From positions 84,576 through 148,575 of IMG/VR virus record IMGVR_UViG_3300021963_000035: a stretch of 64,000 nucleotides of DNA, one strand, 5' to 3'. Positions 41,050 to 50,588 of the stretch are shown piece after piece. The notes beneath the pieces are model-generated. The model saw only the letters and a list, made by a program, of their open reading frames with translations, had not been told where the DNA came from and searched no databases. The position numbers and the translations under genes are program-made. The DNA is from a virus. The stretch's first letter is position 1; each line of letters starts with the position of its first letter.

Positions 41050-42063
41050 ATGGCCTTAGTCATAGACATCTTACGAGATCTTATCCCATATAAGCGAAAA
41101 ACTACTCCTAGTGGTTGGACTAGTTTTGATGCCCCTTGCTGTCATCACAGAGGTCACAATCGTGACACTAAGATGAGGGCTGGCATAATGCTGAACAATG
41201 AATTTGTATATCACTGCTTCAATTGCGGATTTGCAACAGGTTGGAGTCCAGGTAACTCGATATCTCCAAAACTTAGAGATCTATGCAAATGGTTAGGTGC
41301 ATCAGACGACGATGTTAAACGATTAATTTTTGAAGCACTGAAAACTGAAGGCGATAATTACGTTGCTAAAGAACGAGAAATATCAGTAGACTTTCCGCCA
41401 AAAGATTTACCAGAATCATCTATGCCAATATCTAAATGGCTAGAAACGTATGACGACATGACGTCTGAATTTTTAAATCCTGTAATAGAATATCTGATCA
41501 ATAGAGGTTGTAATCCATTAAGTAATCATTTCTATTGGTCACCTGCAGAAGGTTATAGTGATCGTGTGATTATCCCTTTTAAGTATCAAGGAAGGATAGT
41601 AGGTAGTACAGGAAGAAAGATCACTAAAGGTAAACCAAAATATCTTTCTGATCAACATCCTAATTTCGTCTTTAATGTAGATGAACAATTAGATGACAGC
41701 AAATACGTATTTGTTGTTGAAGGTCCGTTTGATGCCTTAGCAATTGGAGGAGTTGCCCTATTAAGTAATAATATATCAGAGCAACAGGCTAAGATAATTA
41801 ATAGGCTACACAAACATGTGATCGTCATACCTGATCAGGATAAAGCTGGTCTAGATGTAATAGACAAGGCTAGAGATCTTGGTTGGTCTGTAGCGTTTCC
41901 TACTTGGGATAGCGATGTTAAAGATTGTTCCGATGCTGTTAATCGATACGGAAAATTGTTTGTAATAATGGATCTTATCAAGACTGCAACAGAAGGATCT
42001 ATAAAAATAAATCTCGCCAAAGGTCATATGAAAAGAAGGCTACAAAATGCGCAAACTAATTAG
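41050..42063 (+). CDS. DNA primase (Zn-binding domain + TOPRIM)
   Basis: YHCFNCG, YL..RG, R.IIPF, VEGPFDA, PDQDKAG, KD. Confidence 0.9.
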   Translation: MALVIDILRDLIPYKRKTTPSGWTSFDAPCCHHRGHNRDTKMRAGIMLNNEFVYHCFNCGFATGWSPGNSISPKLRDLCKWLGASDDDVKRLIFEALKTEGDNYVAKEREISVDFPPKDLPESSMPISKWLETYDDMTSEFLNPVIEYLINRGCNPLSNHFYWSPAEGYSDRVIIPFKYQGRIVGSTGRKITKGKPKYLSDQHPNFVFNVDEQLDDSKYVFVVEGPFDALAIGGVALLSNNISEQQAKIINRLHKHVIVIPDQDKAGLDVIDKARDLGWSVAFPTWDSDVKDCSDAVNRYGKLFVIMDLIKTATEGSIKINLAKGHMKRRLQNAQTN

Positions 42064-42160
42064 AATTATCTTTTTACCTTTTATACGAATAAGAGAAAAA
42101 TATCTGTATAAGAAGAGATTGAAAGAACTACGTAACAGGGATCCGTTTATCTACAAATGA
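42047..42160 (+). CDS. 37-aa basic peptide coupled to carbamoyltransferase (not in ORF track)
   Basis: MRKLIRIIFLPFIRIREKYLYKKRLKELRNRDPFIYK; stop overlaps next ATG (ATGA). Confidence 0.6.
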   Translation: MRKLIRIIFLPFIRIREKYLYKKRLKELRNRDPFIYK

Positions 42161-43614
42161 TTACTTGGGGAATATCTGCTAACAGCCACGACGCTGCACT
42201 AACCGTTTTCTTAGATGAAAAGATAGCCTTTGCTAGCCATAGTGAACGATTTAGTAAAATAAAAAATGATCCGGATCTAGATCGAGATCTAATAAATTAT
42301 GCGCTGCGATGGGGCGAACCTCAACGAATCTACTGGTACGAAAAACCTTTTAAAAAATCACTAAGGCAATTAATTGCAGGTCAGGGATTCAATTTTGCTG
42401 AAAATAATATTAAAGAATACTTAAGAAAATTTAATATTAAGCAACCGATCACTTATGTTGATCATCATTTAAGTCACGCCGCCGGAGGATACTATACCAG
42501 CGGATGGGACAGTGCTGCAATATTAGTCATTGATGCTATTGGAGAATTTACCACAGCAAGTATGTGGAGAGGACAAGGCAGAGATATAAAACCCTTGTGG
42601 AAAATGAAATATCCTAACAGCATTGGTCTGTTTTATTCCGCAGTTACAAAAGCTGTGGGATTAAAACCAAATCAGGACGAATACATATTAATGGGTATGG
42701 CAGCATACGGTGACCCTTACAAATTCTATGATCATTTCTTTGACAACTACATAAATCTAGATGATCTAACATTTAAGCAGAACTTCCATAGAGGTATCAG
42801 TGATCTCGAAAATTTAATCAAGACAGAAAAAGATAAATTTGATATCGCAGCCACAGCACAATTATTTTATGAAGATATGTTTGATAATCTTTTGTTAGAT
42901 CTGTATATCGAAACGAAAGAACGCAAACTGATTCTTAGCGGAGGCTGTGCATTAAATTGTTCTGCAAATAAACTAGCATTTCAGTGGTTTGATGATGTAT
43001 GGATAATGCCTAACCCGGGAGATGCTGGTAGTAGTTTAGGCTGTGTATTAGCACATAACAAATGGCACACCTATTGGCCCGGACCGTATTTAGGTTACAA
43101 CATACCCGGAGAGTATCCGGTGCAATCTATAATTAAAGAATTAGAAAACAACAAAATATGCGCAGTGGCTAGTGGCCCTGCAGAGTTTGGTCCAAGAGCA
43201 TTGGGCAATCGCAGTCTGTTAGCTGATCCGAGAGATCCCGGCATCAAAGATCGTGTTAATGATATCAAACAACGACAAAAGTTTAGACCATTTGCTCCTG
43301 TAATAATGGAACACTTAGCTGAGAAGTTTTTTGATATGCCTGCTAAAAGTACACCTTACATGCAGTTCACGGCTGTGTGTCGTGAGCCTAGCAAATATCC
43401 TAGTATCATCCACCAGGATGGTACTAGTCGTGTTCAAACAGTTAACAGAGATCAACATCCTGGATTATACGCTGTACTAGAACATATGTGGCATAAACAC
43501 GGTTGTGCAATGTTATTGAACACTAGTTTAAATGTCAAAGATCAACCAATGCTCAACGACTTAGTCGATGCCAAGAATTGGACCAGCCAATACGGTTTAC
43601 CTGTTATATCATAA
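42157..43614 (+). CDS. O-carbamoyltransferase (NodU/CmcH family)
   Basis: HDAA, ERFS..K, HH.SHAA, GGCALN, GDAG, EFGPRALGNRS, RPFAP, LNTS.N. Confidence 0.93.
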   Translation: MITWGISANSHDAALTVFLDEKIAFASHSERFSKIKNDPDLDRDLINYALRWGEPQRIYWYEKPFKKSLRQLIAGQGFNFAENNIKEYLRKFNIKQPITYVDHHLSHAAGGYYTSGWDSAAILVIDAIGEFTTASMWRGQGRDIKPLWKMKYPNSIGLFYSAVTKAVGLKPNQDEYILMGMAAYGDPYKFYDHFFDNYINLDDLTFKQNFHRGISDLENLIKTEKDKFDIAATAQLFYEDMFDNLLLDLYIETKERKLILSGGCALNCSANKLAFQWFDDVWIMPNPGDAGSSLGCVLAHNKWHTYWPGPYLGYNIPGEYPVQSIIKELENNKICAVASGPAEFGPRALGNRSLLADPRDPGIKDRVNDIKQRQKFRPFAPVIMEHLAEKFFDMPAKSTPYMQFTAVCREPSKYPSIIHQDGTSRVQTVNRDQHPGLYAVLEHMWHKHGCAMLLNTSLNVKDQPMLNDLVDAKNWTSQYGLPVIS

Positions 43615-43631
43615 GATGCTAAAATATTAAT

Positions 43632-45074
43632 ATGTCAGAATCAAGTTACGATTACGAAAAACAAAAACTATATCTCGAAATGATGTTATCAGATGCCGAG
43701 ACATTTGTCAGATGTCAAGGTATTTTTGATGCTAGTCTTTTTGATCGAAGATTAAAAGATGCGGCAGATTTTATCAACGAGTACACAAAACAATATTCAG
43801 TTCTCCCAGACTACGACATCGTCAATGCTAGTTGCCGAACAGAGTTGAGAGAACCTAAGAATCATCCAGAAGGTGCACAGAACTGGTTAATGGATGATTT
43901 TGAAAAATTTATTAGATACAAGAGTCTAGAACGTGCGATCATAGAATCAGCAGATCTATTAGACAAACACGACTATGGCGCTGTTGAAACAATGATCAAG
44001 CAGGCTGTACAAATAGGTCTAGCCAAAGACATGGGTACTGATTATTTTGCAGATCCTAGGTCACGATTAATGAGCCTCAAAGATAAAAACGGTCAGGTAA
44101 GTACTGGCTGGACTACAATGGATAAGAAACTGTTCGGTGGAATGAATCGAGGAGAGTTGAATATCTTTGCAGGTGGCTCAGGTGCAGGTAAATCTTTGTT
44201 CCTTGCGAACTTAGGTGTTAATTGGGCTACTGCTGGACTGAATGTAGTTTATCTAACATTAGAACTTTCAGAAGCATTAGTCAGTATGCGTATTGACAGT
44301 ATGCTAACTGGAGTTTCCACTAGAGATATTTTCAAGAACATTGATGATGTTGAAATGAAAGTTAGGATCGTTGGTAAGAAGTCCGGGGCACTACAGGTCA
44401 AGTATATGCCATCGGGTAAGAATGCTAACGATATCCGAGCATATCTAAAAGAATTTGAAATCAAGACTGGTCGCAAGGTAGATGTGTTATTAGTAGACTA
44501 CTTAGATCTATTGATGCCTATTAGTAAAAAAATCTCAGCAGAAAATTTGTTTATTAAAGATAAGTTTGTATCGGAAGAACTGCGAAATCTAGCAATGGAA
44601 TTGCAATGTGTGTTTGTAACAGCCAGTCAGTTAAATCGCGGGGCTGTTGAAGAAGTAGAATTTGATCACAGTCATATTTCAGGTGGCTTGAGTAAGATTC
44701 AAACTGCTGATAACGTGATTGGTATCTTTACTAGCCGTGCTATGCGTGAACGTGGTCGTTATCAATTACAACTAATGAAGACTCGCAGTAGCAGTGGAGT
44801 TGGACAGAAATTAGATCTTGAATTTAACATTGAAACACTGCGTATCACAGACTTGCCAGAAGATGAACAAGACAACGGCAGTGGATCAAGACCAGCGAAT
44901 AGCGTACTAGATGAAATTAAGCGTAAGGCAACAGTCAAGGCCAGTGTAGATCCGGATACAGGCGAGATCGATCAGGATCCTACTAAAGGTATAGCCGTTG
45001 GTAAAATCAAAGCCGCAGTAGAAGGTTCTAAGATGCGCGAGATTTTGGCCAATTTGAATAGAAATGAAGAATAG
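43632..45074 (+). CDS. Replicative helicase (T4 gp41/DnaB family)
   Basis: GGSGAGKS, LELSE, VDYLDL, TASQLNR. Confidence 0.92.
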   Translation: MSESSYDYEKQKLYLEMMLSDAETFVRCQGIFDASLFDRRLKDAADFINEYTKQYSVLPDYDIVNASCRTELREPKNHPEGAQNWLMDDFEKFIRYKSLERAIIESADLLDKHDYGAVETMIKQAVQIGLAKDMGTDYFADPRSRLMSLKDKNGQVSTGWTTMDKKLFGGMNRGELNIFAGGSGAGKSLFLANLGVNWATAGLNVVYLTLELSEALVSMRIDSMLTGVSTRDIFKNIDDVEMKVRIVGKKSGALQVKYMPSGKNANDIRAYLKEFEIKTGRKVDVLLVDYLDLLMPISKKISAENLFIKDKFVSEELRNLAMELQCVFVTASQLNRGAVEEVEFDHSHISGGLSKIQTADNVIGIFTSRAMRERGRYQLQLMKTRSSSGVGQKLDLEFNIETLRITDLPEDEQDNGSGSRPANSVLDEIKRKATVKASVDPDTGEIDQDPTKGIAVGKIKAAVEGSKMREILANLNRNEE

Positions 45075-45306
45075 GAAATATCAGTTAGTCGAATGGTACA
45101 CTGAAACTATACCTACATCTTTTGATGATTTTAATTGGGATAAAATACGTCAACTGGTAGGCAACGATCATATCGATTGGATAATGAATCGTCCTAAAAC
45201 ACAGTGTCAAATAATCTACGAAACAACCAATAGGATTTCTAGATTAGTAGCAGAATTCTATTGTGAACGCACAGAATTAGAGTACTGTTTAAAATGGGCT
45301 AAATAA
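45064..45306 (+). CDS. Hypothetical protein (small family ending ..LKW)
   Basis: Coupled ORF. Confidence 0.55.
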   Translation: MKNRKYQLVEWYTETIPTSFDDFNWDKIRQLVGNDHIDWIMNRPKTQCQIIYETTNRISRLVAEFYCERTELEYCLKWAK

Positions 45307-45325
45307 GCTAATTAACAGTACAATT

Positions 45326-46036
45326 ATGTGGCTAAGAGAATTTGATTCAAAATTAGGTATAGTTCGTGTAAACAAAAGCCTCAACCCTAGGATTTGGGAA
45401 GGTGGTGATCTCAAACCTGAAGTAGCAGCTAAACTAAAAGAAATCGCAGAAAAGTTCTATGATTTTATAGGTGTTGAGCTAGACGTTATAGACTATACTA
45501 TCACAGGCAGCAATGCCAACTATACATGGACCGAATACAGTGATCTGGACCTACATCTTATCGTTCCCGGTACGCCCTCGCCGGAACTACGTGAGCTTTT
45601 TAATGCTAAAAAAGCTCTTTGGGCCGAACAACACGAAATAACAATCAAAGGCTTACCTGTAGAAGTTTATGTACAGGGAGAAGATGAACCACATCATTCA
45701 ACTGGTGTATACAGTCTCAAAGACAGCAACTGGTTAACAGAACCCCGCAAAGTCAAACCCAAGGTAGATGATGCTGCTGTACAGGCCAAATACTACAGCG
45801 TTAAACACGATGTTGAAACTGCCATCATAGGCAACGATCTTGAACAATGTCAAAAAATCAAAGACAAAGTAACACAGATGCGCCGAGCAGGTTTAGCCAA
45901 AGCAGGCGAATGGTCAACAGAAAACCTGGTCTTCAAGTTATTGAGAAACCAGGGTCTGATTGATCGTCTTACTGAAAAAATACGTGATCTAGAAGATCAG
46001 GCGCTGAGCCTAGAACAGGCCCAGCAGTTGGATTAA
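45326..46036 (+). CDS. Pol-beta-superfamily nucleotidyltransferase
   Basis: ITGSNANY...SDLDLH...VEVYVQ (GS, DxD, third acid). Confidence 0.8.
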   Translation: MWLREFDSKLGIVRVNKSLNPRIWEGGDLKPEVAAKLKEIAEKFYDFIGVELDVIDYTITGSNANYTWTEYSDLDLHLIVPGTPSPELRELFNAKKALWAEQHEITIKGLPVEVYVQGEDEPHHSTGVYSLKDSNWLTEPRKVKPKVDDAAVQAKYYSVKHDVETAIIGNDLEQCQKIKDKVTQMRRAGLAKAGEWSTENLVFKLLRNQGLIDRLTEKIRDLEDQALSLEQAQQLD

Positions 46037-46731
46037 TCGTTATTCTTTACGCCAAACAATTGCAGCAGATTTAAGAATAGATTGATAAAGTCTAGGTACA
46101 GTGTTAGCGCACCAACGATTTCTACTTTACCGTCGCCTGTGTCTACTGAAACGATTTCACGGATCTGCTGTGTGTCATAAGCAGTAAATCCTAAAAAGAT
46201 CAGGATAGCGATCGCTGAAATAACCATTTGCATCACTGAACTGCCAATGAAAATATTAACGATGCTGGCAATGATGATAGCGATCAAACCCACAAACAAC
46301 AAGCTGCCTAATCCACTAAGGTCTTTCTTGGTAAAGTAACCATAGCCACTCATTACAGCAAATAATATAGCGCCTCCCATGAATGCTGAGAAGATGCTGG
46401 CTGCTGTATAGATCACGAAGATAGTGGCAAAGCTCAAACCCATTAGGGCAGCAAAACCGTGTAGGGCCAACTGTGCCTGTGATTTAGTCAAGCTTTCTAG
46501 TCCAAATGTCAAGGCTAGGATAGCTACCAGCGGTGCAAATATCACCACCCATTTCATTGCACCAGTAAAGAAAAACTGCACCAGTTCTGCGTTGAATCCC
46601 ACAAACATACTGACCAGCATCGAAGTCAAAACTGCTAGTGCCATGTGTCCATAGACACGGCCCATTGCTGAATTGATTTCAGTAGCTGAACGGTAAGTTA
46701 ATGCGTCTGCGCCATAACTTGTTCCAAACAT
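46033..46731 (-). CDS. Bax inhibitor-1 / YccA family membrane protein
   Basis: ~7 TM; TKKDLS, AYDTQ.I, GAL.LYLDFINLF..LL. Confidence 0.9.
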   Translation of the reverse strand: MFGTSYGADALTYRSATEINSAMGRVYGHMALAVLTSMLVSMFVGFNAELVQFFFTGAMKWVVIFAPLVAILALTFGLESLTKSQAQLALHGFAALMGLSFATIFVIYTAASIFSAFMGGAILFAVMSGYGYFTKKDLSGLGSLLFVGLIAIIIASIVNIFIGSSVMQMVISAIAILIFLGFTAYDTQQIREIVSVDTGDGKVEIVGALTLYLDFINLFLNLLQLFGVKNND

Positions 46732-46853
46732 AAGATACTCCTTGAAGTTTATATAATTTAATTATGCAGTCAACAGAATTAGTTGTCAAGATCTAGAAAA
46801 GTTGACATTTTCAATAAATACGCATATAATGTAACAAACTCCCGGAGCACGAA

Positions 46854-47369
46854 ATGTTAGAACGTATCACCGAACTTACCGAAGACCTAATCCGACTGAT
46901 CAAAGATGATCCGGTCCGTCCTGAAATCACCGCTGATTTCCGTGTCAAGGATGGCCGCGTGTATGTGCTGCGTGATGACGGTACTAACGAACCGCAGGCT
47001 GTGGTCTGTGTTAAATTCTGCCCGGAAATTCCCGATTCAGTAGAAAGCCTAGCCAATAGTATTAGTTCAGGCACTGCTGCGGTATTCTATACCATTTGGT
47101 CATATGCTGCGGGTGCTGGACAACGATTGATCAGTGAAGCTGCTGCGGACATCAAGAACAGTGAACCCACTGTACGAGAATATGTGACCTTGAGTCCAAA
47201 AACTGAAATGGCTCGCAGATTCCACCACAAAAATGGTGCCAGCACCTACAGAGAAAATAGTGATTCAGTTAACTATCGCTACACTGAAAAGATCAATCCA
47301 GCGTATAAATCACACGCGAATGATCAGGCCAGCGCAGCATCCACTGTAGACCGTGCAACTGGTCTCTAA
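46854..47369 (+). CDS. GNAT-fold protein resembling malonyl-CoA decarboxylase C-terminal domain
   Basis: AVFYTIWS..AGAG..LI...VTLSP; TTGACA-N17-TATAAT promoter upstream. Confidence 0.55.
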   Translation: MLERITELTEDLIRLIKDDPVRPEITADFRVKDGRVYVLRDDGTNEPQAVVCVKFCPEIPDSVESLANSISSGTAAVFYTIWSYAAGAGQRLISEAAADIKNSEPTVREYVTLSPKTEMARRFHHKNGASTYRENSDSVNYRYTEKINPAYKSHANDQASAASTVDRATGL

Positions 47370-47514
47370 ACAGCAGATACCAATCTAAAGGAATAGCCGC
47401 ATTGTAGTCCTGCGTATTGGCCCAGCTGCGTGGCCAATAATTGACCCACAACCGCCACTCGATCAGCAGTTCCTGTTGGGGTATCTGCAACTGTTCAGTG
47501 TAAACTACCAGCAT
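47293..47514 (-). CDS. Hypothetical Trp-rich protein
   Basis: TAAATA-N5-ATG puts the start at MLVVYTEQ. Confidence 0.5.
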   Translation of the reverse strand: MLVVYTEQLQIPQQELLIEWRLWVNYWPRSWANTQDYNAAIPLDWYLLFRDQLHGLQWMLRWPDHSRVIYTLD

Positions 47515-47790
47515 GCTAATATTTACTTTCTGGATTAAATATCTATGGAGGCAACAATGGCTAAAATCGCGATACTGTTGTATTTTTTCATAGCATTTAC
47601 TCTCAGCTTCAGGATAGGTCAGCCTGAGTTGGTAATGATATTGATACCTATTTGGGCCTGGTTGTTTAACTGGGCGGAAGAGATAGAGGACTAACATGGA
47701 CAGCAAAGAATTAGCCTGCCTATTGATCACGCTGGCCTGGGCACTGTTTATCGTCTGGGGACAATTTGGCGACGAAGATTAAATAAATGT

Positions 47791-48024
47791 ATGCACATAG
47801 AGTTCAACTTGCCAACAGGAGCGGGTGGACAATCAGCTCTATATTTCAACACCGTGCTAGACACAGAACTGGCAGAGTGGAGTGTTCAGTATAATGTGGA
47901 CTATCGCAAAACACTGACCTACTACAAAGCCTGGGTTTGGTTGCCCGAACCCCGAGATTACACACTGTTCGCTCTGACCTGGCGTTGGCCCACACCACGC
48001 TGGATTATTGAAGAAAGGGATTGA
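47791..48024 (+). CDS. Hypothetical protein (paralogue of 48503..48733)
   Basis: EF.LP.GAGG..A ... DY.LFA..W shared. Confidence 0.7.
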   Translation: MHIEFNLPTGAGGQSALYFNTVLDTELAEWSVQYNVDYRKTLTYYKAWVWLPEPRDYTLFALTWRWPTPRWIIEERD

Positions 48025-48319
48025 TATGTTACTAGGAGCGGTAGTAGTGGCCCTGAGCATAGGCTCAGTACAGGATCTAAGTTCAGCAGAATTGCAGCGT
48101 TATTATTGGGACTGTGACACACTGTTCATGCGGGGTGAACTAGGCGGACAGGATTTCCACAGTTGTCTAGCCATTACAGAAGAATTCAAAGAGCGAGTGT
48201 TTAAAAACGATCGAGAACTGTTTATGCAGTACTGGCGCAGACAAAACCTCACAGAATGGTACAAGAGAGGATTTACGCCTAGGGTAGAAGATCTGCCTCG
48301 ATATAGGCACCCACAATGA
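48008..48319 (+). CDS. Hypothetical secreted/membrane protein
   Basis: Hydrophobic N-terminus; coupled. Confidence 0.5.
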   Translation: MKKGIDMLLGAVVVALSIGSVQDLSSAELQRYYWDCDTLFMRGELGGQDFHSCLAITEEFKERVFKNDRELFMQYWRRQNLTEWYKRGFTPRVEDLPRYRHPQ

Positions 48320-48495
48320 AAGAGCTATGGAGTTTTGAGTTCGATCTAGAACAGCTGGAACGAGCGCACGACTATGTAAATACACACAGTGAAACCAACA
48401 TCACACGCATCATTGCAGTACACGAAATCCGTGACAGCTATATCACACTAGTACACTGCGACGAATCCACAGCGATCCTGCTGTATCTATTATAA
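48316..48495 (+). CDS. 59-aa hypothetical protein (not in ORF track)
   Basis: ATGA overlap with upstream gene; fills the gap. Confidence 0.5.
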   Translation: MKELWSFEFDLEQLERAHDYVNTHSETNITRIIAVHEIRDSYITLVHCDESTAILLYLL

Positions 48496-48502
48496 AAATA
48501 AC

Positions 48503-48733
48503 ATGAGATTAGAATTTACCTTGCCCCAGGGCGCGGGCGGAGCAGCAGCTGGCACAGCAGCAGAACGATTAAAACGACAGTTGAAGGATTGGTGCTATCA
48601 TCACGCAACCACCTGCACTACACGAGTCGACGGCTATAAATTGATCGTAGAATTGGCCCGCGAAGCTGACTACAGCCTGTTTGCCATCAGCTGGAATATT
48701 GAGCAGGGACTAAAGCCCCAGTATTGCCTATAA
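48503..48733 (+). CDS. Hypothetical protein (paralogue of 47791..48024)
   Basis: Shared motifs as above. Confidence 0.7.
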   Translation: MRLEFTLPQGAGGAAAGTAAERLKRQLKDWCYHHATTCTTRVDGYKLIVELAREADYSLFAISWNIEQGLKPQYCL

Positions 48734-48751
48734 ATACCCAGTAGCCCATAG

Positions 48752-48794
48752 AGCGCGAAGCGCAGCGCGGTTTTTTTAAAAAGCGCGAAGCGCA
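48752..48794 (+). repeat. Two copies of AGCGCGAAGCGCA (GAA mini-hairpin)
   Basis: Exact 13-mers at 48752-48764 and 48782-48794. Confidence 0.8.
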
Positions 48795-48834
48795 CAGCGG
48801 TAGAAATTTTTTAGCCATCATAGGAGCGGCCCGG

Positions 48835-49614
48835 ATGGATCCCGTAACACTGTTTGCACTGGCCAACGGAGCAGTCTCCGCAGTTAAGGCTGGCTGTAAA
48901 CTGTACAAAGACATCAAAGGTGCAGCGGGTGACGTCAAGGATGTGCTGAAAGATCTAGATCAGCAGTTCCATAACCTATACGAAGGTCGAGGCCGCAAAC
49001 CTCCACCTGAAGCTGTCAAACAGTTAAATGAAGAAAAAGCCCGTGTAAAGGATCTAAACAAACGTTCAAATGAAACTACCAATCTGTATCAGGAAATTGG
49101 CAATCACCTTGGCACTTACTATGACAACTACTATAAGTGTCTAGCTGTATTTGAAGAAGAAGAGCGACGCTCAAAAACCGAAGTATACACTGGTGATTCA
49201 AGTCTGGGTAAACGGGCTCTACAGCGTGTACTGATGCGCAAGCAGCTGGAAGCAATGAGCACAGAACTGCGTGAGCTAATGGTATATCAAAGTCCTAAAG
49301 AACTAGGAGCACTGTATACTGAAGTTGAAGAAATGATGAAGCAAATGGGCAAAGAGCAGAAAACTGCTATTGCTGAACAGATGCGTAGATCAATGCGTCA
49401 AGCTGAAATCGATCGTAGGCGCAGAGATCGCATAATACACAGATCGTTAGTGTTGGGTATTGTAGCTTTTAGCCTAGTGGTGATAGTTCTTATGTTTAGT
49501 ACAGTCGTAGAAAGCCGTATACGCAAATATCCAGAGTTGGGCAACTGTGCTGTGCCACGCGGCAGTTGGTTATACTACAAGTGGACTAGATTAGAGTGGG
49601 CAACCTGTCATTGA
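48835..49614 (+). CDS. Coiled-coil membrane-anchored protein
   Basis: AGGAG RBS; MDPVT.FA.A N-terminus; C-terminal TM helix. Confidence 0.7.
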   Translation: MDPVTLFALANGAVSAVKAGCKLYKDIKGAAGDVKDVLKDLDQQFHNLYEGRGRKPPPEAVKQLNEEKARVKDLNKRSNETTNLYQEIGNHLGTYYDNYYKCLAVFEEEERRSKTEVYTGDSSLGKRALQRVLMRKQLEAMSTELRELMVYQSPKELGALYTEVEEMMKQMGKEQKTAIAEQMRRSMRQAEIDRRRRDRIIHRSLVLGIVAFSLVVIVLMFSTVVESRIRKYPELGNCAVPRGSWLYYKWTRLEWATCH

Positions 49615-49912
49615 ACTAAACCGAGTCCGGGTGGGGGGTATATTGATAAAAGTCTTGCCCAAATGGGGGTACAGGGGTAAAAAAATTAGGGCGCAAAAAA
49701 ATTAAGGTTTAACTACTTTTTCATCATGGTGGTGATTCTGCTACCCCTTGTTGCGTTTTTACAACACTACACACATTACGCCCCCCACCCCCCTCCACCA
49801 TGCCTCACCCTCCCACCCCATCCTTCAGAAAAATCCCAGAATTCCTGAAATTACCTAAAAAACCTAATCTAGCCCTCAGGGGGGTAGGATAACCCTGATC
49901 CCCCCAGGGTCT
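49615..49912. other. Non-coding strand-switch region with G-runs then C-runs (candidate genome end or origin)
   Basis: No ORF; convergent transcription; homopolymer tracts. Confidence 0.45.
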
Positions 49913-49947
49913 TTCGGTGGTGAGAAAGGCGACAGCACAGGGGCTGT

Positions 49948-49982
49948 AAAAAAACACAGTGTTGCAGTAGCGCAACACTGTG
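49948..49982 (-). terminator. Intrinsic terminator built without GG/CC
   Basis: CACAGTGTTGC-N6-GCAACACTGTG followed by T7 on minus strand. Confidence 0.75.
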
Positions 49983-50006
49983 CAAAAATGCAGTGTTGTT
50001 AAAACA

Positions 50007-50588
50007 CTACACAGCAGTAATAGTTACAATGTTGTTAAGCGCAATAGTGCGGCAAATAGCATTGTGTGTAATGTTGTGTGTAACATTGTGCGTTTGTGTG
50101 TTGCGATTAAACAACTGTTGTGCTTGCGCAGGCGTTAAGTATTGTGCAACGTCTTGCTTAGTTGCAAGTGTGTTGTTAATAAAATACATTGTGCTAGTTT
50201 GTGCGTTGTTAAAAAGCGCATACAAGTATTGTGCTAGCGTTTGCTTGTGTTGCACTACGCTATAGCAGTTAGTATGCTCAAAATAGTTTTCCTGCGCTGT
50301 AAACGCTTGCACATTGTTAGCGTTGTTAGTGGGGATAGCACTAGCAGTTTGTTTAACTAGCGTTGTGTATTGTGCGTTACTGTTAGCGTATAGCGTTACT
50401 GTTGCTTGTGTAACTTTTTTAATAGTAACGTCTTTGCATTTTGCGCTTGTTTTTACATTTGTAACATATGTAATTTGTGCGTTTTGCTGTTGTGCGTTGT
50501 TTAACACATTTGCTACGCATAGCGCAGTGATGTGTTGCTGTTGTGCGTGTTGTTGCAGTGCTGTTTGTGCTGTGTGTAGTGTTAGCAT
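50007..50588 (-). CDS. Early protein of extreme composition (Q/T/N/A/H-rich; no G/W, only 2 D, 2 E, 2 P)
   Basis: Own promoter (TTGCAC..TGCTATACT), AAGGA RBS, terminator. Confidence 0.75.
   Translation of the reverse strand: MLTLHTAQTALQQHAQQQHITALCVANVLNNAQQQNAQITYVTNVKTSAKCKDVTIKKVTQATVTLYANSNAQYTTLVKQTASAIPTNNANNVQAFTAQENYFEHTNCYSVVQHKQTLAQYLYALFNNAQTSTMYFINNTLATKQDVAQYLTPAQAQQLFNRNTQTHNVTHNITHNAICRTIALNNIVTITAV

Noticed and set aside
310-44476. Short antisense or nested ORFs inside large genes
   Set aside because: Fully overlap well-supported genes and lack RBS or promoter support.
18459-45074. Inteins or introns in TerL, UvsX, UvsW, primase or helicase
   Set aside because: Lengths and motif spacing are normal; ORF 37129 lacks recognisable intein splice residues.
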